Positions 35,700 through 49,345 of a stretch of 64,000 nucleotides of DNA are shown here, one piece after another. The DNA comes from Ptychomitrium polyphyllum (lineage: Eukaryota). The stretch is taken from positions 17,112,001 to 17,176,000 of the forward strand of contig OZ316775.1 in the NCBI GenBank assembly GCA_973851085.1, given 5' to 3'. The first letter of the stretch is position 1; every line of letters begins with the position of its first letter. Under the pieces are notes generated by a model, which was not told the DNA's origin, searched no databases, and saw only the letters and a list, made by a program, of their open reading frames with translations. The position numbers and the translations under genes were made by a program.

Positions 35700-36310
35700 C
35701 TTCTCATCAATCTGCTAGCTGTTGCTGTTTGTGGTATAAGTGTCAAACTATTGTTTGAAGGGTCACTGCAAGATCACATTAACTAGTTGGAATACCATTA
35801 GTGCAGTTTGTTGGTATAAACATGAAAGATCTTTTGCATGTGTCTCTTTTACCCAAGAGATCAATTCCTTAAACAAGTATAGAGGCTACAGCAGTTCAAC
35901 ATCCAAATGAGCTCTGAATCCTCTTCCATGTCTATCTGCTACAGTTGTTTTCTTCTGGATGGCTGCTAAATGTGCTTAACAAATTCTTTGCATGTGGTAA
36001 GTTGCTCCAGTGCTTGCTGATGTAGATCTAGTCCCAAACCTGCATCTTCACACACCTGCAGGCAAAGATTTTGAAGTGGAAGACATCTTTCTATAGTACC
36101 AATAAAGAAAACTTGCAAAGGTAACAAGTTTCCTACAGATGAAGAGGATACTAGCATTGTTGTCTGCAGCTTGTGTTTCTAAACGTAGTGTTGCTCCCAA
36201 ATGCTTGGAAGCTTATTAGAAGCTTCAATCCAAATTAATTCTTGCAAAATTGTGTGTCCATGCCAAAGAAATCCTAAATTCACTGAGCCTGACTCCCTCT
36301 TTTAAAGTAG
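35700..36310 (-). mobile_element. Decayed pogo-like (Tc1/mariner superfamily, DDE_1) transposase remnant
   Basis: Frame-hopping translation gives FRISLAWTHNF...ASNKLPSIWEQ, SSSVGNLLPLQVFFIGTIERCLP, HWSNLTTCKEFVKHI*QP, LIWMLNCCS, FIPTNCT and FQLVNVILQ*PFKQ. The order matches the DDE_1 motifs LPxQxIFxGxTxRxLP, HWS, LDxxxxH, PxNCT and QPxD...PFK. Confidence 0.75.
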
Positions 36311-39229
36311 CATTCAAATTCAGTTCCTCACTGTAAGTTGAGGTCAATTTAGGGGTTGACCCCAGTCAGGGTGTGCCTCCAGTAAAATGACCATGTCCTC
36401 CACAAGTTCATGATGTTTAGGTGTAACACATGCATTCTAATCACCACCTGTATAAGTTGTTATTTCGTTCAAGATTGATTACATTATGCCATCTTTCAGT
36501 TCCTTTCTCCCAATGAACCACTCTTTCCTAGAGTCTCTGGTCAAATCACCATAGACATTCTTGTTTGGTCATGGCAACTTATATTTCTGTTTAAAGTTCT
36601 TCAAAGCAAATAGAAGACCCCTATGACACGCCACAGCAACATATACAGGACCCCAGATAGATGGTACAAACCAGTTCTTCTAAAGTCCTCTGACCTTTGT
36701 TGTCTCTGGCCATGCATCAGGCTTCTCCACTTTGGTTGGAAGAAACACAACTTCAATTTGCTTCGTGGGGCCTTCACAGTGGAGGCTTCCAGTAGATTGT
36801 TCCAGCTCCCACTGGCTCCTAAATCATGCTCTACCATCTCTTCTATATGCTCTTTGTATATAGCAAGAATATACTGCTCAGAAGCTCCTTGCTTGACCAT
36901 ACTAGCACCCACTCAACAACACATTTGCAGTGACACTAACTCTTACTAGCAAAACTGCATTAAACCTCTCACAAGCAACTTAATACTACTGGTATTGTTT
37001 GCATAAGGCTGAACATGGTGGAGCAAAGATAAATGAAGATTAGGGCAAATGGAGTACTTATTGTTTTTGAAAATTCATGAAAATTTAACAAATATCCAAC
37101 CAAACTACAGCATCTTTATGTGCTACAATTGGCTCAAATCCAATTTTTATCTTAATGTGATTGGTCTTGAAATTTAGCTAGACTCTAAAACAATTGATTT
37201 GAATACACATTATTGCAACTACACCTGTAGAGGTTTTTTTCAATGAATATGATAGATGTTTTCAAGGAGCTCAAACCACATCATATCATTTTTAAATGTG
37301 TATAGGTGCAACCCTCCATTGGAATCTACTTTGATTACATAAAGTCACAATCATTGATCATATGTTGTGCACAAAGTCAGCTAGTTTTAAACTGAATTTT
37401 CAAATCAATCTCTAGATAGAGGGCCACCCAAATACTAATTATATAGACTGTTATGTTTGAAATAATTCATTTGCTGCGTACATATTAGATTCATAAGTAA
37501 AGTGTTACCCTTTTCCACGGACTTTATAATCTTATGATGACATTGATAACAGTGGTACAACATTTAAATTTTTGATGTAAACTTCATTGTAGAGTTATTT
37601 TACAAACAGAATGTGATACATAGTGGCATATTGATATCAGAGGGTGGAAATTTTCTACCTCTTTGGAGAAGAGAATTGCATACTAACTCATAAAACAGAC
37701 AGACACTCATGTCATTGCCTCAGTAGGGAGTATGAGCTTCTAAACTATTGGTCATTTGATGGCCATTTGAGTTGATGAGTTGGTGGAGTTCATTTAATAA
37801 GACAATATTAAGTTAGATTTACTTGTAGCTTCAAAGATATTTGTAGAAGTACCTCTAGACCCACCTTGTATCATACATACTTGCAAGTCCATGACTAGGG
37901 AGGGGATGGTTGAAAAAGAAACCTTCCACAAACAAAAAAATTGTGGCATATACAACTAAAGCACCTCATGAAGGCTCTAGAGTTGCAACTATTCCTTCTA
38001 TGTATAACAGATATGCACTTTTTTTGGGATGGCATAACATTTGTTTTTGTCTTTGCAAGAAAGTTCTCAAATGCCCCATGAATTTTTCAACAACAATTAA
38101 AACTGATGAGATAAGAAACCTTGTCATGGGAGTCAAATATGGCATCAGCAGTGGCAACAATAGAATCCTTCAAATTTTAACAGAGGCAACTACAGTTGGA
38201 TTTCTGCAGATGCACTTCATGTGAAGAACCGACCATGCTGAATGTGGTGATCTAGTGCATAACTTCTGGGTGCTTTCCATGTGGTGGATGGCAGCCAGAC
38301 TGATATTAGACTTGCTGTTGGAACTTGGATTATCTTTAAAGTAATGGTCTTCACCAATCTTATGGCTATTTTAAGCCATTTCTTTGGGGCCTAGTATTAG
38401 TGTGAATTTTTATACCAAATTTCATATTAAATTAACAAAGGCATGTCAAATTAGTACATGAATCAAGTAATAAAATAATATTGTATAACACTACTTTATC
38501 CAAATAATGACAATTGTTTGTGATTTTTTAAATAGTATTATTATTGAAAATATTTAAAACTATTTTTATACACCAATTCAATTGTTTGTGGGGGCCAAAT
38601 TATCTACATTATAATGATTTAAATGACATCTTCAATTATTGTGATCCACACTTTGTTCCAATTCTAAATTACTATAAGACATTAAAAATGATTGGTATAG
38701 TAGTTTTGTATATACATGGAAATTTAAACTTATTCTACAATCTTTTCACCATTACATGACCTAATACATGTTGACAAACTTGCTAATGGCTTCTGAAAAT
38801 AAGACTAAGCCTTTCAAAACAATTATCATATAGTAATGTGGTTGTTTTGTTTGAAACATAACATTATTTAGTAAGGCAATTGGTTACTTGGAATCAAGGA
38901 ATTGTGGCCCTTTAATTTCTCCTTTACTTAATATAATACTATATTTGGTATTGATGGTAGCTTGCTATTGAAAGATGGCATTCTCCATGCTAAAATATGT
39001 TTTAAAGATTTTGGTGCTTTCAAATCAATAGTATATTTTCCTTTTGGATATTGTGTATGGTAATAAGGTTATACTCAACACATGATTAAAATGAATCACA
39101 ACATTCCTTAGCACTTGTATACTTAAGCCAAATGCTTCACTATGTACAATTTTTAGTAAAAATTAGCACTTTAAATATTATTTTCGAACTATTGATCATG
39201 GTACAAGGTTAACCAACTAGAGACTGCTA

Positions 39230-41250
39230 TGGTCATTGCCAAGGATAATCAATAATGCAGAAAAGGATGAATTCAGGGTAAGATATAATGATCCCTGGTG
39301 TGGAACTGATCTGTGTAAGAACATTGTAAAGAACCAACTCTTTGTGCAAGGTAAGAAATCAATTGCTACTTCCAAGCAGCAAAATCTGTTAGATAAAACT
39401 TTGCCTTTGTAATGACATCTGATCCTTTTATAAAACATACAGTACTAAAAGCAACAAATCTGAGTTTCTCACAAAGGACCACACAACAGATACTCAACTG
39501 TGAACTTCACAAGACTGGACAGAAATATGACTTCAGAAAAGCATTCCAATTCATATTCTGTAACCACAACATAGCTGGTGCCAGGAATCATGAGACAGTC
39601 AGCCCAATATGTACAATGGGGCATGGAAGTCAATATTTACTTTAGCTCACCTGTATTGTAGGCTCTCTGAAGTTCACAAACGTACTGCATTTGGCAATGT
39701 GCCAAAAAACCAGTGTGAACGGATATTACAATTCATTGACAAAAACCATTGACCAGGTGTGAACACGCTTCTGCAGAATCCAGACTTTTAACACCAGACC
39801 ATATTTCAGATTCCAGCGAGGAAGAATCTGCTTTTATTTACTTAATTATTTGATAATCTATTTAACCAATGATCTGATTCTGTCGCTACCGAAGCATGAA
39901 GTTACAATCGATCCGCAATCGTGCTTTTCCAAAGGTTAGAATCGACCACTATCATATGACATTATTTTTACAATAGCTTGTGGTTCAAATAATGATTTTC
40001 TATCGAATAGAACCAGCTTTAATGAAGTTACTGCAGGCTAAGTTGGATCTCTAAGAGCCACCATGGCATAGTGGCCTGGGTTTCCACTGCATGCAGTTCA
40101 CGGAATCCCTGATATTGCTGATTGCTTCACCTCTTTTGCTGAATCTGTGGCCACCATCTTGGAGCTTTTTAGTCTTTGTCAGATCTTTCCATCCACAGAA
40201 TGTCGAGTTTCCCTATGCAGCGTAGGAATGGGTCCAGGGCCTGTTGGTAATGGAGCATTTTCGGGAAGGTCTCCCGTGGCAATTTGCACCTGGTGGTGAG
40301 GAATCCCCTCAGGTAGTGACTCCTAATAAACGTGATTTGAAGATCCTAGTGTCGTTGGAGGGGTCGAACATTACCTCAATTTTTTTGATTTTTCGAACTT
40401 TCAACGCAAGAGGGTCCAGTTCATACGTTATCCTTACTATATACATTCTTCGCTGTTTTTACACTTCAAATATGATTTTGAAAGAAACACAAACCATCTT
40501 ATATCCAATCTTGTGCCTTAGTTCCTAAACATTGTATGTGTGAAAAATGTCATGTATAATTTGGGATGTTCCTATTCGTTCAAACTATTTCACCTTAAGT
40601 CCACATTTTGAAAATTTATGATATTATTCATTGTAACTCCAAAACATGTGGAACAACTTATAATCAAACTTTTTTAAAATTATGTTCTATGGAGAAATAT
40701 CATCACCAATTTATCTACCTCTCTATGATATAAGAATTTTCTAACTGAAGTTACAACATAATATTTTAGAACTGATGTTAGGTCCGGCCTTCATTGAATC
40801 TATAATAATCACCTAAATCTTTGCTTGTTAACAATTCATCACGCATGGTCCAACAAGTTCTAAATTTGACTCACTGAGATGGAGGGCTGCCCTTCTACAG
40901 GTTCTAAATGTTATGTGTATGTTCATCTACCTTTACCCAGATTCCATGGGGCACCAACCAACAGGAAGTTTCTGGCCACGCGCCTATCTACTGAGTGTGG
41001 ATCTCTCAGCTAGGTTGCTGCTGCTGCGATATTAGCTGATGAAAGCTGCTCCTTAGGAAATAGCTACCTGGTGAAAAAGTTGTGGTTTGGGAATCCACGG
41101 GTTGCAATGTCAATACCAATCTTGCTTAGCAAATCTAAAGTTGGTAGCAGTCTCTATCAGCAGACTTGTAGTCAGTGGGAAAGTTACTGTTGCTTTCAAG
41201 GAGTTACTGTTACTTCCGTGGATATCCAATATTGAAAGAAGCTGAAATTT
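39230..41250 (-). pseudogene. Possible decayed multi-exon gene of unknown family
   Basis: Higher-GC blocks with minus-strand splice-like borders (for example about 39652-39769, TGCAG...CAG|GTGAG) and protein-like but stop-interrupted frames (LPTLDLLSKIGIDIATRGFP...; DLQITFIRSHYLRGFLTTRCKLP...). Family not recognised. Confidence 0.3.
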
Positions 41251-42888
41251 CTGCAAGGTTGATCTTGGTACCCAAATTCACTATACCTAAAATGTTGTTT
41301 GGTGTCATATGGCATTTATTTTCATGGTAAATCATTTTATGAATAGAATGCTATTCATAAAGAGTCTTAAATGTGTCTCATTGTTATGAAAAAAATGATT
41401 GATACTGGTTAATGTTTATAATATTAGTTGGCAATCTACATGTATTATTATAGCAAGATATATTAAATTGGTGATACTAAATACATATTTTGGTGTACAT
41501 ATTTCCATGATATTTATATTCCACATTTGTTTTGCTACATGGTATTTTTGAGTTTAATTGCAAGCTAGATATTCTTTATATTAAGGAAAATTTCTTTAAC
41601 TTTTTTTGAATATCTTGAAATTATATAAGAGGCAATTGATTGTTGTTACTTTGGATTATAGCAATATCTAGGAAAATGGACTTATCAAAGGAAGAATTGT
41701 ATTTTGTACATGGAATTTAAACAATTTAAGGAAATTTGGTTTTATGTAAAGATAGTACAGACCACATTAGTTTACACATATTAAAAAGTTGTAATATTGA
41801 GAAGAATACTTTTTTTAGGATATAAATTCTTTGAAGCATGTATTAAAGTATTTATAATTGAAAACATAATATTAATTTAAAAATCTATATATATATATAA
41901 ATAAAATGTGTTTGTTTGTAATAATAATTTAAATCTTCCAAATCATGAAGCTAATATAGGTATTTTTAATACAAGAGGAAGGCTTCCAACAAGATAAGCA
42001 CCTAATTATATTCCTGTAAAATACAATACAATGAAAACCAGTCAAAACTTGGTGTTTCTTTTTTGTATTGAAATATACATTTTGCAATAATATGTAATTT
42101 TTTTCAACACTAAAACTATCATTTATATTAAAAGAAGGTAATGTTTGGTATTCATAATGAACAAACTAAAAAAATCTTAATTAAATTTATTCAAGTTCCA
42201 TATAAAAGAAGCATTGATAATTTTTCTAATATTCATATCAGCATATATAAATATGGATTCTATCATCTAAGTACCTCAAAGTCACATTTATAAAATTATA
42301 AAATTAAAAAAATAGTTCTTTGAATTGATATGCAATTACAAAATTTAAGAAAAAATAATTTTTGATTATAGAACCAAATTATTCTTAGAAAGAATCTAGA
42401 ATTTCAAAGTTCATTGTTTCCATTTATATAATTTTTTTATAATTTTAATATCTTTTAATCCAATAAGGTAGCGTTGTCACCCTCCAAAGAAATTCAAGAC
42501 CAGTCAAGGTTGAACTTCTCCCAAAGTGTCCCAACAGAAGGAAAATTACAAAGTAAAACCTCACAGGCCTCCTAGGCCCTAGGCCCTAGCCTTTTCGAAC
42601 TCCTACGCCGTCTTGCCACCTTTCACCACCTTGGTCCTCACCCCCCACAAGCCAGCCCCCACAAGCCACCCCTCAATCCCCACACACAAACGTGACAGAA
42701 ACCAGTGGCTCTAAGTCAATTCACAAGCTAAGCTCCCAAAGAAAGCCCAATAATAAGTGTCTGCATGCAGTCAGGCCATGTTAAACTTGGAGTAGCGTGG
42801 CGCGCGGGGCCCAGAAGCACCAGTGAGGGCAGTGCCAAGCGTACATGGCGAGCCCTTCAAGGCGAGCCTCGGCTGGCAGTAGACCCCT

Positions 42889-42920
42889 GGCAAGGCAAGA
42901 CAAGGCAAGGCAAGGCAAGG
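42889..42920. repeat. (GGCAA)n pentanucleotide microsatellite in the LHT upstream region
   Basis: GGCAAGGCAAGACAAGGCAAGGCAAGGCAAGG read directly. Confidence 0.85.
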
Positions 42921-43146
42921 CTTCCCAATCTGGGACGCATGAACTGAAACGAGTGGCTGTTCGACATAAATAACGAATCAGGGGGCTTTAAGCACGGACC
43001 TCATCTTCGTTGCATAAGCTCGTTACTATTCTTGCGCTTCTATGTGTGTGTTCCACTCCCGCTTCGTTCCTGCAGCTGGGGAGCTCATTCCGGAGGTGCA
43101 CTTGGATACTCGACACCGACAAGTGTGTGCGTAACTCCAGCTAGCC

Positions 43147-46100
43147 ATGGCTGCGAATCCCACTATGGGCGAGGCCTTCCAGGTAGCAGCTTTTTCTAGG
43201 TCCAGCTTCGTTTAAGCAACGATGCGTGAAGGAGAGAGTGAGAGAGTTTGATGATCGTTTTGGGATCGTTGCTTTTGGTGGTGGAGTTTAAGGAGGTTGG
43301 TGTCGGTGGGAGGTCCTGTGTTGTTATGTTGTTTCATGCTGTTGGATTGTTTTTCAACTGTGGATGCGATGTGGATGATGTGGGAACCAGTGCTCTGGGC
43401 GGGTTGTATACGCGTGTGGAGCATTACCTCTTCCATGGAGGACGTTTACCCTTTCTTTACCTTTTGGAACTTTTAAAACCATGCTATGTTCGGCCTAAAG
43501 GATAATCCGTCCGGAGAGTTCTTCCCCTGTGGTATTAAGTTCGGAACTTTTGTAGCTTTGCGAGGCACTTGTCGATTTTTCTCCGTGATGTGAGCACAAT
43601 TGTGGAGTGAGAAGTACTGGAGAGTTGAGAATCTGGGATGTGTATTTACATCAGTCTGTACATCGATCCTCACACAAGAGGTTTGGAAATATGATCGTTT
43701 TGAACCGACTCTAGTATAATGTAGCGTAATTCCGCGCGCAGCCGTCTTGGCATCTCTGCGTGCTCTAGAACGAAACTCTAGCTGGTGGTAGTGCTGTCTG
43801 TCCAGATTGTGGACCGTGGTGCATCTAGCGCTGTGGGCATATTTGTTTATTCTTTGGCTTTTTCCTCCCGGTTCCTGATATTTTTAGTTGTAGATAATGC
43901 TGGATTGCCAGCAGCAGCGATCGCCGGCGCTTCTTTGCGAATCTTCCTTCGCTACGGACACGGGTGGAACTGCCTCACGTTTTCTAGTTACAATCGCAAG
44001 CTCTCCTGTTGAGTCTGTAGTTTGTCGGTGTGGCCACTCCTCTTTTCAAACCGGCTCGTGTTTGGAGCCACAAAGCACCGTCCTTCCTTACAAGCTCTGT
44101 ATCGATTCTTTGAGGACGAGTTCATGTGCAATCTTTCACTATTTTACCTCCTAGAGTGAATACCCACAGGCTTAGAAGTCTCCATGTTTCTAAGCTTGCT
44201 GGTGTTTGTGGAAGCGATGGCTCTCTCCTCTCTAGCAGAACCGCAACTAGAGCTTCATGCTATGCTAGTGCTGTGTCTAGGGAAGGGAACGGAGATTGTC
44301 ACCGGTAATTGTCCTCTAATTAATCCTGCACGTCTATGGGGTATGGTCACTCACTTGCGTAGACCTGCTTCTGCTCGATAACTCTCTAGATATTAATCTT
44401 GTGGTTAATCCTTTGTCACCCATGGGTCTCTTTTCTTTTGCAATGGTCACTCTTCGCCCCCACAAGTGCATGGATTGTGTTGCTGCTACAAATTGTTAGG
44501 GAACCCACGTGCACTAGTCAGCCGTCCGTTGGGGTTATATGTCTATCGCTCAATTTGTACGTGCACGTTGAAGCTGCACCGAAGTTGCGCAGGTTCGCAT
44601 CCCACCAAATCCTCGCCATGTCCAGCCCAACTCTGCTTCCTCTCTCCTTCCAGTTTTCTTCTTGCTTCCTGCATCCCAGATTAACTTGCATGCAGACTTC
44701 ACAAAGCTGCTCCATAATCTTCTCGTAGACTTTATCTTCTCTAGTTTCTTGCCTCTTTCTTTTTACCAACCGCATCCTTGGTCTATCTCCTCAGATTCTT
44801 TGTTCTGTTTCGGAAGCTTTTCCGTGAAAGGGTTTGTATTGATCGCTAGACTCACCGTTCTTAGCCTATTATGAGTGGACGAAGCGGTTACGTGGCTTTG
44901 CATAATTTTTCGAACGATTGTAAGAATCGGCGCGAGTCAAGGACTATTTTTAGTTTAATATTATTAGTTGTGTAAATTTCCTCTTTCGTTCGACGTGGTT
45001 GTAGCTTCGGAGTCTACCTGCGAGTGCGTCAGGAGAGCACTAACGGCACGAAATGTTCTCCGGCCTTTGTTCCTACATCACTGCTTAACTAGAATTGCGG
45101 AGGTGCATGCTGTTAGCGAACTGTTCAGAAACATCTGTCTGTGATTTTTGGGGGAGGGGGGGGGGAGGTTACGTCTTTTTGTGGTTTTAACTAATGTGTA
45201 AAATCTATATTTATAAAAACAGGGGATTCTCTTGATTGTGAAATCTAAAGAAGCGCTGGTAGCGTGTTATTGTGCAGGAGCACTTGGAGGAGAATGGACA
45301 CAAAAAAACGGTGAAGAATGTGGACGACTGGTTACCAGTAACAGGCGACCGCCATGCGAAATGGTGGTACTCCACCTTCCACAATGTCACTGCTATGGTG
45401 GGCGCTGGAGTGTTGGGCTTGCCGTACGCCATGAGATACCTGACATGGTGAGTGTTACCCCTTTCCTTTGCTCGTCGACATCGATCGTGCTTTGCAAGTG
45501 AATTCAAGCATGCGTTAACTTCGTGACTCTGGCTTTGACGTGCAGGGGACCAGGAGTGACGGTCCTTGTACTGTCGTGGATTATCACTCTCTACACGCTA
45601 TGGCAGATGGTGGAAATGCACGAGATGGTGGAGGGGAAGCGTTTCGACCGTTACCACGAGCTCGGACAGGAGGCTTTCGGTCACAAATTAGGGCTATGGA
45701 TCGTTGTTCCGCAACAACTGATCGTCGAAATCGGCGTCGACATCGTTTACATGGTCACGGGCGGTACATCGTTGCGGGGATTCTATCGGATTGTGTGCAA
45801 AGGCAGCTGCCCCTTGGAAAACCACACATCTGCCTGGATCGCCATCTTCTCGTCTGTGCACTTTATCTTGTCCCAGCTGCCAAATTTCAATTCTATCGCT
45901 GGAGTCTCCTTGGCAGCTGCTTGCATGTCCTTGAGGTATGATTTCCACAGAACCATTTAGCCCATTTGCATTCCGTGCACAACCAAACCTGAGCCTTGCT
46001 TGCAAAACATGATTTTTTGGGTTTCTGTCAATATCTATGATATGATGCATTCAAGTGATGATATATCTGACCAGTACTGAGGATGGTTCTTGTTAGGCGC

Positions 46101-47384
46101 GGCCTGAGCAGGTTTTCTTTACTAAACAAAGTTGAATCTGTGTGATTACTGCGATGCTTTCTATTGACGAATGTCTACTCTGAGAATGAGTTTGGTCTGA
46201 TTCTTTCTCCTACTTACTATGCAGTTACTCGACGATCGCGTGGTGCATTCCTGCGGCGTATGGTCACAGCTACCCACCACTTCAAGCCGGGCAATATCCA
46301 AATTACCACCTGCCCGTCGAATCCATGTCGGCTCACGTTTTGAACGCGTTCAACGCCCTTGGCACCGTCGCATTCGCGTACGCAGGCCACAACGTGGTTC
46401 TGGAGATTCAAGCAACCATACCGTCCACGAAGGAGCGGCCGTCAAAAGTGCCCATGTGGAAGGGTGTGGTGCTGGCTTACATCGTCGTCGCTATCTGCTA
46501 CTTCCCCGTCGCGATCATCGGCTACTGGGCTTATGGCAACAACGTCCATGATAACATCCTCTTGTACGTAGCCAAGCCCAGTTGGCTCATCGCTGTGGCG
46601 AACCTCATGGTCGTCGTGCACGTCATTGGAAGCTACCAGATCTACGCCATGCCCGTGTTCGATATGCTGGAGTCTACTTTGGTAAAACGGTTCCATTTTA
46701 AGCCGTCAACTAAGCTGCGTCTCATCGCACGCTCTCTCTACGTTGGTACGTAATAATCTATCTAGCTCTCTGATTATGGCATTGTTTCATCCATCTTCAC
46801 AGCCACTATTGATGTTCTCCACTCTGCACTTCTGACTTAACCGGTTTTGGTCTACAAATGCTGCAGCTGCCACTGCTTTTGTTGGCATGACATTCCCGTT
46901 CTTCGGAGCTCTGCTTGGTTTCTTTGGCGGATTTGCCTTCGCTCCAACAACCTACTTTGTAAGCACAATCTCTCTTATACTCTGAACAAGTCCCAATTCA
47001 AGTGCTTTTCATCTTGGCACTTATCCTTTTCTTCTTCACTTTTTGGTATAATGGAAAGTGAATTTCAGCGCAATCAAAAAAAGAGAATCATGCATTTGTG
47101 CTCTTTGTAGACAGACCTGCCAAATTTGGGATGCTCGTTCATATGGTGTTTCTGTACTTAATTGAGGCTTTGCAATCAGGACTAATAAATTTAAATTTTG
47201 TTGGAATTTGTGGCAGTTACCTTGCATCATGTGGTTGTGCATTGTGAAGCCGAAGAAATTTGGATTCTCGTGGACGTTGAACTGGATCATTATAGTCATA
47301 GGAACGCTGCTCATGATTGTGTCGTCCATCGGAGGTTTATACAGCATTATTCATGACGCATCGACTTATAAGTTCTACCAGTAG
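43147..47384 (+). CDS. LHT: Lysine/histidine-type amino-acid transporter (AAAP family). Exons 43147-43182, 45278-45447, 45546-45935, 46225-46745, 46867-46958, 47217-47384
   Basis: Signature peptides [76 protein letters not shown] and [15 protein letters not shown]. Junctions are in frame. The 36-nt first exon is inferred from an ATG, a donor site and matching phase. Confidence 0.95.
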
Positions 47385-48324
47385 AGGACCTCGGGGACGT
47401 CTCAAGAGGCAACTGATGAGGATCTGCCTGAGATCCAACCAAAAATGAATTTACCAACAGTGTTTCTTCAGATCAGAAGCATTACAGTCAACATGCTCGT
47501 TGCAGCGTGTACATTACATGATTATAATTTTGTTTTCAAGCATTGGTTACAGCTTCCAAGTTTACTGTACACTTTCCACAATCGGCAGCTGAACCCTTTG
47601 TACAAATATAAAGTAAACGTTTGGGCCTACTTGTTGGCTGATTTGCACTTAGCAATTTCGTTGTTTGTTGGAGCTTCTTTACTGCTCTTGCTCAATGCTG
47701 TCTCACAAGTTACATTGTCCTGTGCCCAGGGAACAATTAAATTACAATATGCACTCTTTTGATGGATTAGTATTGATGGACTAAGGCTTTCAAATATTTC
47801 CCTGGCTTCATGGTTTCCATGTCTAAACTAAAAAAGCTGTGGTTGAATTGTCCAACGGGATTCATAGTTCCATACAATAATCAACAAAAGGGTCGAGCGG
47901 AAGAGAATGGAGAGACTCTGCAACTTTTTCCTCACTCTTAAACGGAGATGAGGTTGACTATGAGATGTTCCTTGGAACACGTGGGATAAGTTATGGTCAA
48001 CTTAATTAAACCGTATGCTAGCTGCGATTTTTAACGATAATTGCAGACATGGTGCAGTGTGTGGCAGTTTGTCTCACGAAGATAACAATGAAGAATCTTT
48101 TGATACGTTGTTACGATTGCGTGTGATTGACCTGAAGATATCTGCATCATTGGATATCAAGAGCATCAAATCTTTCTACAAAGCAGGCAGGAATTGTGCT
48201 GTTCAATGGGACCTACCAATCGAAGAACTTTGACGAGTGATTACATTCACGAGATTCCACAAGTTTTATTTCCTTCAAAGAATACAGTAGTTACATTTTA
48301 CAAGATTTGGAGAAACCGGATTGC

Positions 48325-49345
48325 ATGAGCTTTAATGATCATGAAGATGCAGAATCAGAAGGTGACAAGAAGATGATTGATGAAGATCCAGTATTGTTGG
48401 GTTTTATGGACTCAATTGAAGACACATCAAAGAAGGTTGCTTGAGGACATCAATTTGAAGCAAGGTTGGTGGGCATCCGACTTGGTTGGTTCCACTGAAT
48501 AATGTAAATAATTATAGATGAACATCTCCAAGTTTGGTTAGTGAATTTTGTTACGATCTACTTGAATTGCTAATGTAGATATCTGATAATGTACTTGGAG
48601 GAAACCTGTATCTCATATATATTGCTCTATACTCGTGTATAGAGCAATATACATTTCTCAAGCAGAGATGCTATGAACAACAAGAGCAACTAGAGAAGCT
48701 CAGACAGCTCGGAGAGAAGTCTCGCCGGAGCATCAAAGTGTTTGGAAATAAAGTGGCCCCTTAGGCAAACTACACATCAGTATACAAAATCGAACCAATT
48801 CATACATCATGTGGTGCAAGGCAAAATTCATGGCCAGAAAGGAAGCCTGAATTTGAGACTAAAAAGAGGGGAGATTTTCAGTCTTTTACAAGAGAGGCAG
48901 GGTGCAAGAGCTTCAGGAAGATTGTGCACAGATTCCAAAGGGGGAATTTCGCACCCTGATGACATGGAGATCCAAGAACAGTATTTAGATGATCAGATCT
49001 GGGTAGAATATGAAACAAAAATTCCAAGGGCGCAAGATCAAGTAGTGCAGATCTCATGGTCACAAACGGCGAGGCTCTTGTGGCTCCCATCCACGTTTCC
49101 ATCGAAGGGACAACCAGAGGATGCTCACATGCCTCCATGTCGTTATTGTGGCAGGCGCCGCTTCTTTGAGTTTCAAATCATGCCATAACTCTTCACTCTT
49201 CTGGAATTTGGCGATATGCCAGACTCTTTGGATCAGGGAGCCACAATTCAGGGAACCGATGTGGTGTATTGTTAAGAAATTTTTGTTGAGCGTAGTGTTA
49301 GTACAGGCTATGTGGAGGAACTTGCTTAGATGCGATTACATCCAA
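48325..49345 (+). pseudogene. PDCD2: PDCD2 (uS5 chaperone family) pseudogene
   Basis: N-terminal DEDPVLLGF...SKVGGHPTWL and C-terminal DQVVQ...LLW...PPCRYCGRRRFFEFQIMP*L...DSLD...YVEELA* match PDCD2; several stops and frameshifts. Confidence 0.8.

Noticed and set aside
36601..36949. Opposed 103 and 108 aa ORFs as genes
   Set aside because: No recognisable domain; probably part of the decayed region beside the transposase remnant.
43785..44874. Many short ORFs
   Set aside because: All lie within LHT intron 1, overlap in several frames and show no homology I can recognise.
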